From: Lachnospiraceae bacterium
GTDB lineage: Bacteria; Bacillota; Clostridia; Lachnospirales; Lachnospiraceae
Assembly (NCBI GenBank): GCA_017449765.1
Contig: JAFTFE010000095.1
Location: forward strand, 1,326 to 65,325
Direction of reading: 5' to 3'
DNA: 64,000 nucleotides
Shown here: one piece after another, positions 1 to 9,136 of the stretch
How positions within the stretch are numbered: the first letter of the stretch is position 1
How the letters are laid out: each line of letters begins with the position of its first letter
Made by a program: the position numbers and the translations under genes
The notes under the pieces: generated by a model
Seen by the model: the letters and a program-made list of their open reading frames with translations, nothing else
Database searches by the model: none
Told to the model about the DNA's origin: nothing

Positions 1-46
1 CCTATGGAATATGCTTCTGTAAAAAGAGCTGTATAGTAGGGGAATA

Positions 47-1321
47 TTAGTTTTTTAAACATGTAATCGGAACAACCAATACGCCGTCGTTTCTTTGGTA
101 TGCAAAAGGGCTTGTGCCTGTGAGCACCATCATAAATGACGGCTTTTTCATTTTTTCCGTATCAATCAGAGATCTTAATTTTAATAGATTTTTTGCGCCT
201 TCTTCAATTAGTTTATCACCACCGAGTTTAATTTCTATAAGTCCATAGTATCCGTTTCTAAGGTGTATAACAGCATCACATTCCAGACCGCTTTTGTCTC
301 GGTAATGATACTCATTTCCGCCCAGCGATTCGGCATATATTCTAAGATCTCTAACACACATATTTTCAAATAAAAGTCCCATTGTATTTAAATCGTTTAT
401 CAAATCTGTCGGTCCAATACCAAGAGCGGCTGTGGCTATGGAAGAATCTACAAAATATCTCGTTTCAGAACTTCGTATGGCTGTTTTTGAGCGTATATTT
501 GGATTCCATGCAACGGTATTTTCAATAACAAATATTTTCTTTAATGCATTAATATATGAACGAAGTGTACCTTCGCTGAAGCTTTCGCTATCGCCTTGTC
601 TGACATCGCTTAATATAGAACTTATACTTGCCTCTGTAGATGTATGACGAGCATAAGAACGCAGCACTTTTTTTGCTTTTTCAGGGTCGCGTAGTATGTT
701 GTCAACTCTTGAAATATCAGAATTCACAACTGCATCGTAATAATCTTCAGCTTGTTTTAAAGCAACCTTTTCACTGCAGCCTATAGCCTTTGGCCAACCG
801 CCCCTGCAAATTAAATATGCAATTCTCGTAAGGTCGGCATCTGATGAACCACTTATATTAACTGTACTATTAAATAAGTCAGCAAGTGATACTTCACCGG
901 TTGAATCTTGTGATTCATATAAACTCATCGGTCGCATGGTCATTCTGGTGATTCGTCCTGTCCCGGTATGTGATATATCTTCAAGGCTTGGTGGAACAGC
1001 GGAACCGGTCATTATGAATTGTCCAAAATCATCACGTTTATCAACCTCAAATCTTATAGCGTCCCATAACTTAGGAGCAAGCTGCCACTCATCAATTAAT
1101 CTGGGTGTTTCACCTTTTAGGAGAGTAGAAGGCTCCATTTCTGCCATATCTAAGTATTGTTTTTTTCTTGCAGGATCTTCCATATATACTATACTACCTG
1201 CTATATGCTCGCCTGTAGTGGTTTTTCCGCACCATTTTGCTCCCTCTATCAATACAGCACCCTTGCTTTCTAATTTATCCATTAAAATTGAATCAGCTAT
1301 TCTTTCCAAATATTTTTTCAA
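47..1321 (-). CDS. AAA+ ATPase with C-terminal DUF4143 (restriction-endonuclease-like) domain
   Basis: Walker A GAKWCGKTT, Walker B LIDEWQ, MTGSA, RGGWP, and C-terminal HYRDKSGLECDAV...IEIKLG. TTG start. Confidence 0.9.
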   Translation of the reverse strand: MKKYLERIADSILMDKLESKGAVLIEGAKWCGKTTTGEHIAGSIVYMEDPARKKQYLDMAEMEPSTLLKGETPRLIDEWQLAPKLWDAIRFEVDKRDDFGQFIMTGSAVPPSLEDISHTGTGRITRMTMRPMSLYESQDSTGEVSLADLFNSTVNISGSSDADLTRIAYLICRGGWPKAIGCSEKVALKQAEDYYDAVVNSDISRVDNILRDPEKAKKVLRSYARHTSTEASISSILSDVRQGDSESFSEGTLRSYINALKKIFVIENTVAWNPNIRSKTAIRSSETRYFVDSSIATAALGIGPTDLINDLNTMGLLFENMCVRDLRIYAESLGGNEYHYRDKSGLECDAVIHLRNGYYGLIEIKLGGDKLIEEGAKNLLKLRSLIDTEKMKKPSFMMVLTGTSPFAYQRNDGVLVVPITCLKN

Positions 1322-1393
1322 AATAATACCCCCAAGTACAATATATATATTAAGTTATTATTTCACATAAATAATATATCATACATTGTTGAG

Positions 1394-1468
1394 TTTGGCA
1401 ATCTTTTGTTGATGGATTTGGCAGATTTTTATTGATGGATTTGGCGCATTTTTATTGATGGATTTGGT
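1394..1468. repeat. 23-bp-period tandem repeat (~3.3 copies) upstream of the AAA/DUF4143 gene
   Basis: tttggcaatcttttgttgatgga / tttggcagatttttattgatgga / tttggcgcatttttattgatgga start at 1394, 1417 and 1440, with a partial copy at 1463. Confidence 0.9.
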
Positions 1469-1528
1469 GGTTTGCTATTTTAAACAAAATCATTGCTTAA
1501 AATCAAAAAAATGATACAATATAAAATG

Positions 1529-1544
1529 TGTGACTTAAATCACA
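1529..1544. promoter_or_regulatory. CRP/FNR-type palindrome TGTGA-N6-TCACA
   Basis: tgtga cttaaa tcaca in intergenic DNA; function unverified. Confidence 0.4.
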
Positions 1545-1929
1545 GTTTGCAAATGACATAAGGGAAAAGCTTAAATCAAATGATGATGCAGCCGTTAAGG
1601 CACTTGAGGAAGAACTTGAACCTTACTTTAAGGATAAGAAAAACTCAGGTAAGGAGCTTTATGCAGCATATACAGAATTAAAGAACGCAAGAGAAAAACA
1701 TGTGCCTGAAGAAGAGCAAAAGGCGCGTGAGGATAGCTTCTTAGAGCTTTATTTTGCAATAAACAGTAATCATATGAAGGGTATAATCAGGCAGAAGGAG
1801 AGTTCTAAAGAAAAACCGAGCAGCTTCTTTACATCAATGACCAAGATTGTTATGCGTAATATCGGAATTTCACTGAAGCGCTTTGGCTTGTCAAATGCAA
1901 GAAGATACAGAGCAAAACTGGCTAATTAA
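1534..1929 (+). pseudogene. Start-less 3' remnant resembling the C-terminus of the downstream giant ABC1-kinase protein
   Basis: The frame is open from 1534 with no good start or RBS. DKKNSGKELYAAYTEL and SSKEKPSSFFTSM resemble NKKNGAELVKVSEEF and ISKDDPDSFLDIM of the 1984-aa protein. Confidence 0.55.
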
Positions 1930-1947
1930 GTCTTTCATCGTATATAG

Positions 1948-1976
1948 AAAAGAACTTCCTTCGGGAGGTTCTTTTT
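1948..1976 (+). terminator. Rho-independent terminator
   Basis: aaaagaacttcc-ttcg-ggaggttcttttt. Confidence 0.85.
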
Positions 1977-2042
1977 AACATTTTGATTTGTTGGATGTTT
2001 GTTGGACAGTGTATTGTAAAATAAAACAAGTTTTTTATGTTT

Positions 2043-2076
2043 TATGACAATTATGTGACTTTTTAAATGTTAATAT
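2043..2076 (+). promoter_or_regulatory. Conserved TGAC-N7-TGAC box plus extended -10 (copy 1)
   Basis: tatgacaattatgtgactttt followed by TG-t-TAATAT; near-identical copy at 19909. Confidence 0.65.
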
Positions 2077-2118
2077 ATCGTTAAATACAAAAATAATGGA
2101 TAAAAAGGAGTATTTGCC

Positions 2119-5100
2119 ATGGATAATAATTACATTTACAAAGAAAAGGATCAAAAACTAAATTCCAAATTTGAAAACCAGCAGATAGACGAATTTCTTA
2201 ATGAAGAGGTTCAAACTGCCTTTGACATGGAAAAAAAGCATATGGGTGCGACCGATCAGATGCTTAACCTCAATAAGACCGAAGAGGATGTTATGAACAT
2301 CTCTAACCTACTGACCAATATGAAGACCGGCAGATATGAGATTGAGGAAAAGGAAGTAAAGCAGGCTAAGCTTGAAGCGGTTCAGGGACGCAAGCTTTCA
2401 CATCTTATGTTAAATGATCAGAAGCTTACCGGTGATAGTGAAGAGATGGACAAGGTGAAAACTGCCCTGGCTGATCTTGAGCTTGTAATGACCACAAAGC
2501 AAAGACATGCGCTTACTGATAAACAGATAGATATGTTGCAGAGCCATTATGAAAATGCCATAAACGCCTGCAGGCTTTATTGTGATACTAAAAATCCATG
2601 GACTCCTACGGGTAAACGCCGTAAGGCGAAGGTTAAGGCAACCTTAGAGCGTTTATTGGTTGAATCTGATACCCTTGAGCTTGGACGAATGATTGTTAAA
2701 AGTGATGGAAGTGAGGCGAAGGAGATAAAGAGCGGTATGCAGCTTTTGTCTCTTACTGCAGTCCAGAATCTTGCTGATAAAATGGTTGTAAAAAATAAGA
2801 AAAAAGCAATTGTAGATGAGATTGATAATATTGCAGATTTAAAGTCGGAGGTCGATATAAAGGCGGATGCATATAAGCCAATCATTGAACAAAAGAAGGC
2901 TTTATCTGAGATGAAGCAGATTGAATATGAAAAGATGAAGGCTGATTATGATGCTCTTTATAAGCGAAAGGACGAGGTTGAAAAAATAGGCTGGTTCAAG
3001 CTTAAGTTCGGTGGAGATGAAGAACTTGATGGTGCATATCAAAAGCTTAAGGATATGGAGGCGGAGCTTGAAGAAGCAAAGTCGGATTATGATTTTGCAA
3101 AGAGTGAGCTTAAAAAGCTTGAGAACCAAAAGACTTTATTTGATAAGTCTATTGAATCAAAGAAAAACGAATATAAAAATGCAGAGATAAATCATGAGAA
3201 AAGCGTAAAGCAAAGGAAGGATATCGAAAAGGCAGATGCGGAACGTATAAAGCAGGAAAATGTAAAGCAGCTTGATAATAAGATAAGTGAGCTCCCGGCT
3301 GATTTACAGGTGCTTGCACGTATGATATCTAACGGTACCATGCCTACTTCTATTATAAAAAATAAAAATAAAGTAAAAGACTCCGAACAGAAGGCTCTTT
3401 CGGATCTGATTTTGGTGCGCAAGGTCTTAAGCGGATTCAAGGTAGGTACTGCACATTCAAGGACTGTTCGTATCGCCGATAAATATGTACGTCTTTTGCA
3501 GGATGAATTTGGTAATGCCCAGATTCAGTACGGAAAGGTAAGAGTTCCTATCGCATTTAATGCAGCACATACCGTAAATATGATAGCTACAGATGTTATG
3601 AACAATAAAAATATTTACGGAGAAAATGCGGTATATGATGTTATAAGTGACTTAAAGACTAATCTTTCCGAGATGACAAGAGGCGATTTAATCAGGACAA
3701 GGGATTATTCGGTGCAGATTATCTTTGAAATAACAGGCGTTCCTAAAACTCTTTTAAATAATTTCACCTCAGGTGAATTAAAATCCTTTGCACTTACAGC
3801 ACTTGAGACAAAAAATGATAAAGATTTGATGGATAATTTCAAAAAGAATCTTCTTCAAACTGCCAATACAAAAAATAAAAATAAAAAAGAAAAAAATATA
3901 AATACAGTACTTAATCAGGAACTTCAAAATGTAGGCAACAAGGAAATGGTAGGAATTGAATTAAATCTTGAGCAAAGAGAGGATGACAGCAATTGGGATG
4001 AGCGTGAGAAAAAGGTGCGTGACCTTGTTTCAGATGTGATATTTTCAAAGGATACATGGGTTGCGGATAATCTTGTCAAGGATCCTGCCGAGCGTATGAG
4101 ACAGGTGCTCATTGACAATGCTGATGCTCTGGCGCTTATCATAGCCGACCAGTTCAGAGACCGAAAAAAGAATCCGAACGGACTGATTGAGACTATGCTT
4201 GATAAGCTTCCGCTCTTTGTTATGGGCGAAGAGAATGTGCAAGACTTAAAGAATGAGGTTGCATCAAATCTTGAGGAAATACATGATTTTATAACCGAAA
4301 TGCTTGATGAGATGGAAGAGGGCATTATGAAGAATATGGCAAAGTCTGCCCTCGAAAATGTCAATACAGGTTTACTTGTGCCTCATATTAAGAATGCTTT
4401 AAAGAATCTTGATAAAGAAGATCTTGATAAGCTTGCAAAGATAGATAAAAAAATAGATGACGCTGTTTCAGAAAGCATGGAAGGCGTTCAGGAAGCATTT
4501 TCCGAATGTATCGGTGAGATATTTGAGGTAGAAGAGGACGAAGAAGAGCAGGTAGAAAAGAAAGAAAAGAATGAAAAGAATGAGAAAGAATTAACATTAG
4601 AAGATATAGCTGTGCTTATAGATGGATTGACGGATAAAGAGTTTGAAGAATCCATAAAGAATCTGCCTCTGGAGAGACAGTCGAGTGCGAAAAAAACGAG
4701 AGAAGAAAACCGTCGGGTTTATGAGGAGCAAAAAGCAAAAATTGAAAGAAGGGAAGCCGAGAGAGCTGCAGCAAAGGCAAAAGAAGAAGCGGATAAAAAG
4801 GAAAGAGAACAAATTAATGCAAGAAAGAAGGTTATCGAATATCTTAAAAAGAATTCTGAGGATACAAAGAAAAATATTGAAGTAAAGAAAGCTCTTTTAG
4901 AAGGTATGTCCTCTAAGCTTGAGAAAGTTCAGGAAAATGAAAAGAATAAATTGATTGAAGATATTGAAAATACAAAGTTTGAGCTTGAAGCACTTGAAAA
5001 AGGATTAAATCAAAACGAATCAGAGCTTGTATCAAATAAGGATGTGGTTTTGGCATACGAAAAGAAGAAACGTATGGAAGCAATTCAAAAGAGAATTGAT

Positions 5101-8073
5101 GATCGTGCAGCCGCATTTAAAAAGCTTGAGGACGAAAGAAAAGAAAAAAAGGCTGAATATAACCGTTATAAGAGTATAGAAGAGGATAAAAGAACCATTG
5201 TTGACAATCATGAATTGAATACGTTGGCAAAAGAAATTAATAAAATTGATGAAGAACTTGATAAGATGAAAAAGAAATCCTCAAAGGAGCTTGAAAAAAT
5301 TCTTGAGGACAGTGTTAAGGGCGGCAAAAAAGGTCAGAGTCTGTTTATGAAAAATGTATTTCAGACTTATTTCAAGGGTGTAGATAAGATGGATAAGCGT
5401 TCTATGATTGCTAGTGCAATTAAGAACAGTAATGCCATTCCGATTATGACGGAAGAGGAAAAGAAAAAATTAACGGGTGCTCAGATATTGGAATATTCGT
5501 CAAGTATGATCGGCGGTATGTTTAAGGGTGCCGGACCATTGTTCCAAAAGATGCTGCAGGGACTTCCTATCGCAAGTCTTCCAAAGGGACTTCGCAAAGC
5601 TGTTGAGGATACACAGGATTCTCTTGCGTCTATACCGGATGAGGTCGTAAAGGCTCATATGGACGGAATTAAAGAAAGAAGTGCCGGAAAGATTACTAAA
5701 ATCGAGGTCAATAAGTCCTTGGGTGCAGCTTCAGTAGGTCAGGCATTTTTATGTAAGGTTTATGGTCCTGATATGGCAGAAGGTAAGAATGTTGTTATAA
5801 AGCTTCTACGTCCTGATGTCAGAAATCGTATGATGCGTGAGAAGGAGGTTATGCTTGAAGCAGCCAGAATGACAGATGAGGATGGTATGCTTCCTTCAGA
5901 GGTAGAAGAAAAGCGTAAAAACAAAGTTGTAGGTGGTATGGAAGCTACCTATAAGGGTAATCTTCAACGTATAGAGGAGGAACTTGATCTAACCATAGAG
6001 GCGAAAAATTGTATGGAAGGACAGGTTTATGACAATCCTGTCTATGATAAAAAGGCAAAGAAAAACAAAGATAATATATCCAATTCCATGAAGCTTTCAA
6101 ATCTTGTTGAGGCAACAAGTGATACATGTGTTATGGAAATTGCCGGAACAAAGACAGTAAAGAGATATATGAGTGATATCAATCAAAGGATAACCGAACT
6201 TCTTTGGGATTATTGTGAAAAGGTGGATGAGGTTGACAAACAGGGAAATAAGACAGGAAAGCAGATTCTGAAAAGAAATGAAGAGGACGGTTCTTTTGTG
6301 TTCCGACAATTAAATGCCGACGAAAAAATAGCACTTGCTCCAATTATTGATGAGGTTGCCGGAATATTAAAGGAACAGGAGCAAAAGCAGAAAGCACTTG
6401 CACAGGTTGTTGAGAAGTGGGTAACAGAAGGCGTTTTCCAAAAGGGATATTATCATGGTGACCTTCATGCAGGTAATATCATGATAAGTGATATCGGTGT
6501 AACCGTAATTGATTTTGGTAATGCAACTATACTTAATAAAGACCAGCAAAAACATATTATCAAGATGATGGTTGCCGCTACACAGGGAGATGTGGAAAGG
6601 TTCCGACATGGATTCCACATGCTTCTTGAAAATACACCGGAAGAAGTTTATCAGGAAAAGAGAGATGAACTCACTCTTGTTTTCAAGGATGTTATGAGTA
6701 TAGGTGATGAGTCCTCGGCGGCTGAACGTATAGCAGTTGCACTTGTAAGAGCACAGGAGCTTGGACTTGAGCTTCCGCCTACAATTGCAAACTTCTCATC
6801 CTGTCAGATGCGTTTGCAAAATACATTAAAGGATATGAACAATTCTCTTACGGCAACAAGGGCAAATCTTAATAATTTGATAAAGAATAATATATATTTT
6901 TCAAATCATAAGAATATTGACCCTGTTGCAAGTTATATCGATAATAACAAAAATATGACGATTGAGCAAAAGAAAGCTAATGCACAGGCTGCTTTAATAG
7001 CTAGAGGTGAGATTAATGAAGCTTCAATCAGGGAACAGATTCGTAATAAGAATAAACGAGATGAATTTAGGAATTCAAACGGATATAACATCTCCAAAAT
7101 CAATGATTTGATGAGGAAGGATGCACAGAAATTCAACGACTTACTCTCCGGAAAGCTTAAGGTGACAGAAAAATATGATGATGATAAAATAGACGATTAT
7201 TTCCCGAATTGGTATGGGATCGAAGATTTGGAAAAAGACGCGAAACTGTTAGCATTCTATATGAAGATTAAAAACACTGCTGTTCAGATGTTTTATCAGG
7301 AGGAACTTGTAAGACAGATTACAGTCGAGGATTATGGTAAGCTTGATTCTTTTGAGGATTTTGTGGAAAAAATAAAGACCAAGTTTCCGTCACATAAGAA
7401 TAAATCAGTGTATCGGGAACCTTCAGAGACAGAAAAGAGATTAGATGCATTTTATAAAGCACAGGATGATGAAAAGACTACGCCTGAAGAATTAAAACGT
7501 CTTGAAGATGCCGTATGGGAAAGCTTTAAAGCGGATCAGAATAAAAATGCCGAAGCAAACAATGAGAAGCAGAAATATATAAAAAATTTGAAGGACAAAC
7601 ACTGTCCTCATAAGACAGAAGGCGAAGATTTCGAGATAATACAGAATTATTATACGGGGACAGGGCTTGACCTTTTAAGACGTACGATAAATTCCGCTAA
7701 GAATAATAAGAAAAACGGAGCCGAGCTTGTAAAGGTTTCTGAAGAGTTTTATGCACTTCATAAAAAAGCGTTGGAAAGTGAAGAAAGCTTTGATGCAAAC
7801 AAGGATGCTTTAAATGCCAAATTTGATGAGATGATGGAAATTCTCTGGGAAGCTCAGAACAATACGATAAGGGAACTTGCCGAAAACGCAAAGAATCCGA
7901 TAAAGATTTCAAAGGATGATCCGGATTCCTTCCTGGATATTATGGGAGGAGTAATGTCAGATAAGAAATATGATGTTATGTTCAAGCTTGATGCATCGGT
8001 AACTGTCAAGATGCTATGGGGACTTGCAGTTGATGGAATAAAAGAAAAGCTCGGAATGGACGGAGGCGAATAA
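2119..8073 (+). CDS. Giant coiled-coil protein with AarF/ABC1/UbiB-family atypical kinase domain
   Basis: GPLFQKMLQ, LGAASVGQAF, VVIKLLRP, EELDLTIEA, YHGDLHAGNIM and VIDFGNA motifs; long K/E-rich helical N-terminus; AAGGAG RBS. Confidence 0.85.
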   Translation: MDNNYIYKEKDQKLNSKFENQQIDEFLNEEVQTAFDMEKKHMGATDQMLNLNKTEEDVMNISNLLTNMKTGRYEIEEKEVKQAKLEAVQGRKLSHLMLNDQKLTGDSEEMDKVKTALADLELVMTTKQRHALTDKQIDMLQSHYENAINACRLYCDTKNPWTPTGKRRKAKVKATLERLLVESDTLELGRMIVKSDGSEAKEIKSGMQLLSLTAVQNLADKMVVKNKKKAIVDEIDNIADLKSEVDIKADAYKPIIEQKKALSEMKQIEYEKMKADYDALYKRKDEVEKIGWFKLKFGGDEELDGAYQKLKDMEAELEEAKSDYDFAKSELKKLENQKTLFDKSIESKKNEYKNAEINHEKSVKQRKDIEKADAERIKQENVKQLDNKISELPADLQVLARMISNGTMPTSIIKNKNKVKDSEQKALSDLILVRKVLSGFKVGTAHSRTVRIADKYVRLLQDEFGNAQIQYGKVRVPIAFNAAHTVNMIATDVMNNKNIYGENAVYDVISDLKTNLSEMTRGDLIRTRDYSVQIIFEITGVPKTLLNNFTSGELKSFALTALETKNDKDLMDNFKKNLLQTANTKNKNKKEKNINTVLNQELQNVGNKEMVGIELNLEQREDDSNWDEREKKVRDLVSDVIFSKDTWVADNLVKDPAERMRQVLIDNADALALIIADQFRDRKKNPNGLIETMLDKLPLFVMGEENVQDLKNEVASNLEEIHDFITEMLDEMEEGIMKNMAKSALENVNTGLLVPHIKNALKNLDKEDLDKLAKIDKKIDDAVSESMEGVQEAFSECIGEIFEVEEDEEEQVEKKEKNEKNEKELTLEDIAVLIDGLTDKEFEESIKNLPLERQSSAKKTREENRRVYEEQKAKIERREAERAAAKAKEEADKKEREQINARKKVIEYLKKNSEDTKKNIEVKKALLEGMSSKLEKVQENEKNKLIEDIENTKFELEALEKGLNQNESELVSNKDVVLAYEKKKRMEAIQKRIDDRAAAFKKLEDERKEKKAEYNRYKSIEEDKRTIVDNHELNTLAKEINKIDEELDKMKKKSSKELEKILEDSVKGGKKGQSLFMKNVFQTYFKGVDKMDKRSMIASAIKNSNAIPIMTEEEKKKLTGAQILEYSSSMIGGMFKGAGPLFQKMLQGLPIASLPKGLRKAVEDTQDSLASIPDEVVKAHMDGIKERSAGKITKIEVNKSLGAASVGQAFLCKVYGPDMAEGKNVVIKLLRPDVRNRMMREKEVMLEAARMTDEDGMLPSEVEEKRKNKVVGGMEATYKGNLQRIEEELDLTIEAKNCMEGQVYDNPVYDKKAKKNKDNISNSMKLSNLVEATSDTCVMEIAGTKTVKRYMSDINQRITELLWDYCEKVDEVDKQGNKTGKQILKRNEEDGSFVFRQLNADEKIALAPIIDEVAGILKEQEQKQKALAQVVEKWVTEGVFQKGYYHGDLHAGNIMISDIGVTVIDFGNATILNKDQQKHIIKMMVAATQGDVERFRHGFHMLLENTPEEVYQEKRDELTLVFKDVMSIGDESSAAERIAVALVRAQELGLELPPTIANFSSCQMRLQNTLKDMNNSLTATRANLNNLIKNNIYFSNHKNIDPVASYIDNNKNMTIEQKKANAQAALIARGEINEASIREQIRNKNKRDEFRNSNGYNISKINDLMRKDAQKFNDLLSGKLKVTEKYDDDKIDDYFPNWYGIEDLEKDAKLLAFYMKIKNTAVQMFYQEELVRQITVEDYGKLDSFEDFVEKIKTKFPSHKNKSVYREPSETEKRLDAFYKAQDDEKTTPEELKRLEDAVWESFKADQNKNAEANNEKQKYIKNLKDKHCPHKTEGEDFEIIQNYYTGTGLDLLRRTINSAKNNKKNGAELVKVSEEFYALHKKALESEESFDANKDALNAKFDEMMEILWEAQNNTIRELAENAKNPIKISKDDPDSFLDIMGGVMSDKKYDVMFKLDASVTVKMLWGLAVDGIKEKLGMDGGE

Positions 8074-8076
8074 ATT

Positions 8077-9099
8077 ATGAAGATAGTTAATTTAACGGAT
8101 GAACAAAAGGTTTTCTTTTCAGGCATGGATCCATTTGAAATTCTTGATAAAAAGCAGATAATTCCGGGATTTTGTCTTGGCGCAGCCATCGAAACCGAAG
8201 GTAAAAAAAGAGATATACCGGCAGGACTTATGATTTGTTTTTTGAGGGATGATGTACTTATCATAAGATGGCTTTATGTTGTACCGGAGTATCGTAAGAT
8301 GGGATACGGAGATGAACTTCTTTCGTCAGCGTTTGATATAGCCAAAAACGGCGGATATAAGTATATCAGCGCTTATCTGCCCGTAGAATACGGCAGAGAT
8401 TATATATGTCCTGATGCGGAAAGCTATTTCAAAAGCCACGCCTTTGATAATTCCATAAAGCTTTCGGATAAAGGAGGTATGCTTCTTTCCTGCGATATCT
8501 ATGATGATGAGAGTGAAGAAAATATCGATGCTAAGCCTTATGATATATTTGAAAATATTCTTAAGAAGCTTGAATATGAAGAAAGACTTGAAAATCTTGG
8601 TTTATTAAATAAGGTTGATATGGAACAGAGTAAGGATGATGAGCTTATAGAAGTCGAAAAAATAACCCTTTCCGTTACGGATATAGCATCGTGTGAACTT
8701 TTGACTTCAGAAAACAGTGCAAAGAATATTGGCAGTATAAGTGAACTTACCATACCAAAGCTTGGAAGAGGCATAAACAGATGTCTTAAAAAGCATAAGC
8801 TTGAAGGTGAGGTTGATCTTAACAAGCTTTCACCTGATTGGTATGATCCTGAACTTTCCTCCTGTGCACTCGAAGAGGATGAGGTTTGCGGACTCTTCCT
8901 TTTGCATAAGGATGATGAGGGTGCATATTGGACGGAATATCTGTATGATGTTAGCAAAAATTCCAAGCTCAATATCATTAATATGCTAAGAAGGTCTGCT
9001 TCAATGTTTGTTAAAAACTGTCCTGCAAACGCAAAGCTTAATGTAAAGGTTTACAGTTCGGATACTAAGGCACTTGTAAAAAAGTTATTTTCAAAATGA
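8077..9099 (+). CDS. GNAT acetyltransferase (N-terminal GNAT plus probable degenerate second GNAT-like domain)
   Basis: IRWLYVVPEYRKMGYGDELL acetyl-CoA motif A; starts 3 bp after the kinase gene stop. Confidence 0.8.
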   Translation: MKIVNLTDEQKVFFSGMDPFEILDKKQIIPGFCLGAAIETEGKKRDIPAGLMICFLRDDVLIIRWLYVVPEYRKMGYGDELLSSAFDIAKNGGYKYISAYLPVEYGRDYICPDAESYFKSHAFDNSIKLSDKGGMLLSCDIYDDESEENIDAKPYDIFENILKKLEYEERLENLGLLNKVDMEQSKDDELIEVEKITLSVTDIASCELLTSENSAKNIGSISELTIPKLGRGINRCLKKHKLEGEVDLNKLSPDWYDPELSSCALEEDEVCGLFLLHKDDEGAYWTEYLYDVSKNSKLNIINMLRRSASMFVKNCPANAKLNVKVYSSDTKALVKKLFSK

Positions 9100-9136
9100 T
9101 ATCATATTTTGAATTTTGAAGTAAAAGGAGAAGAAA

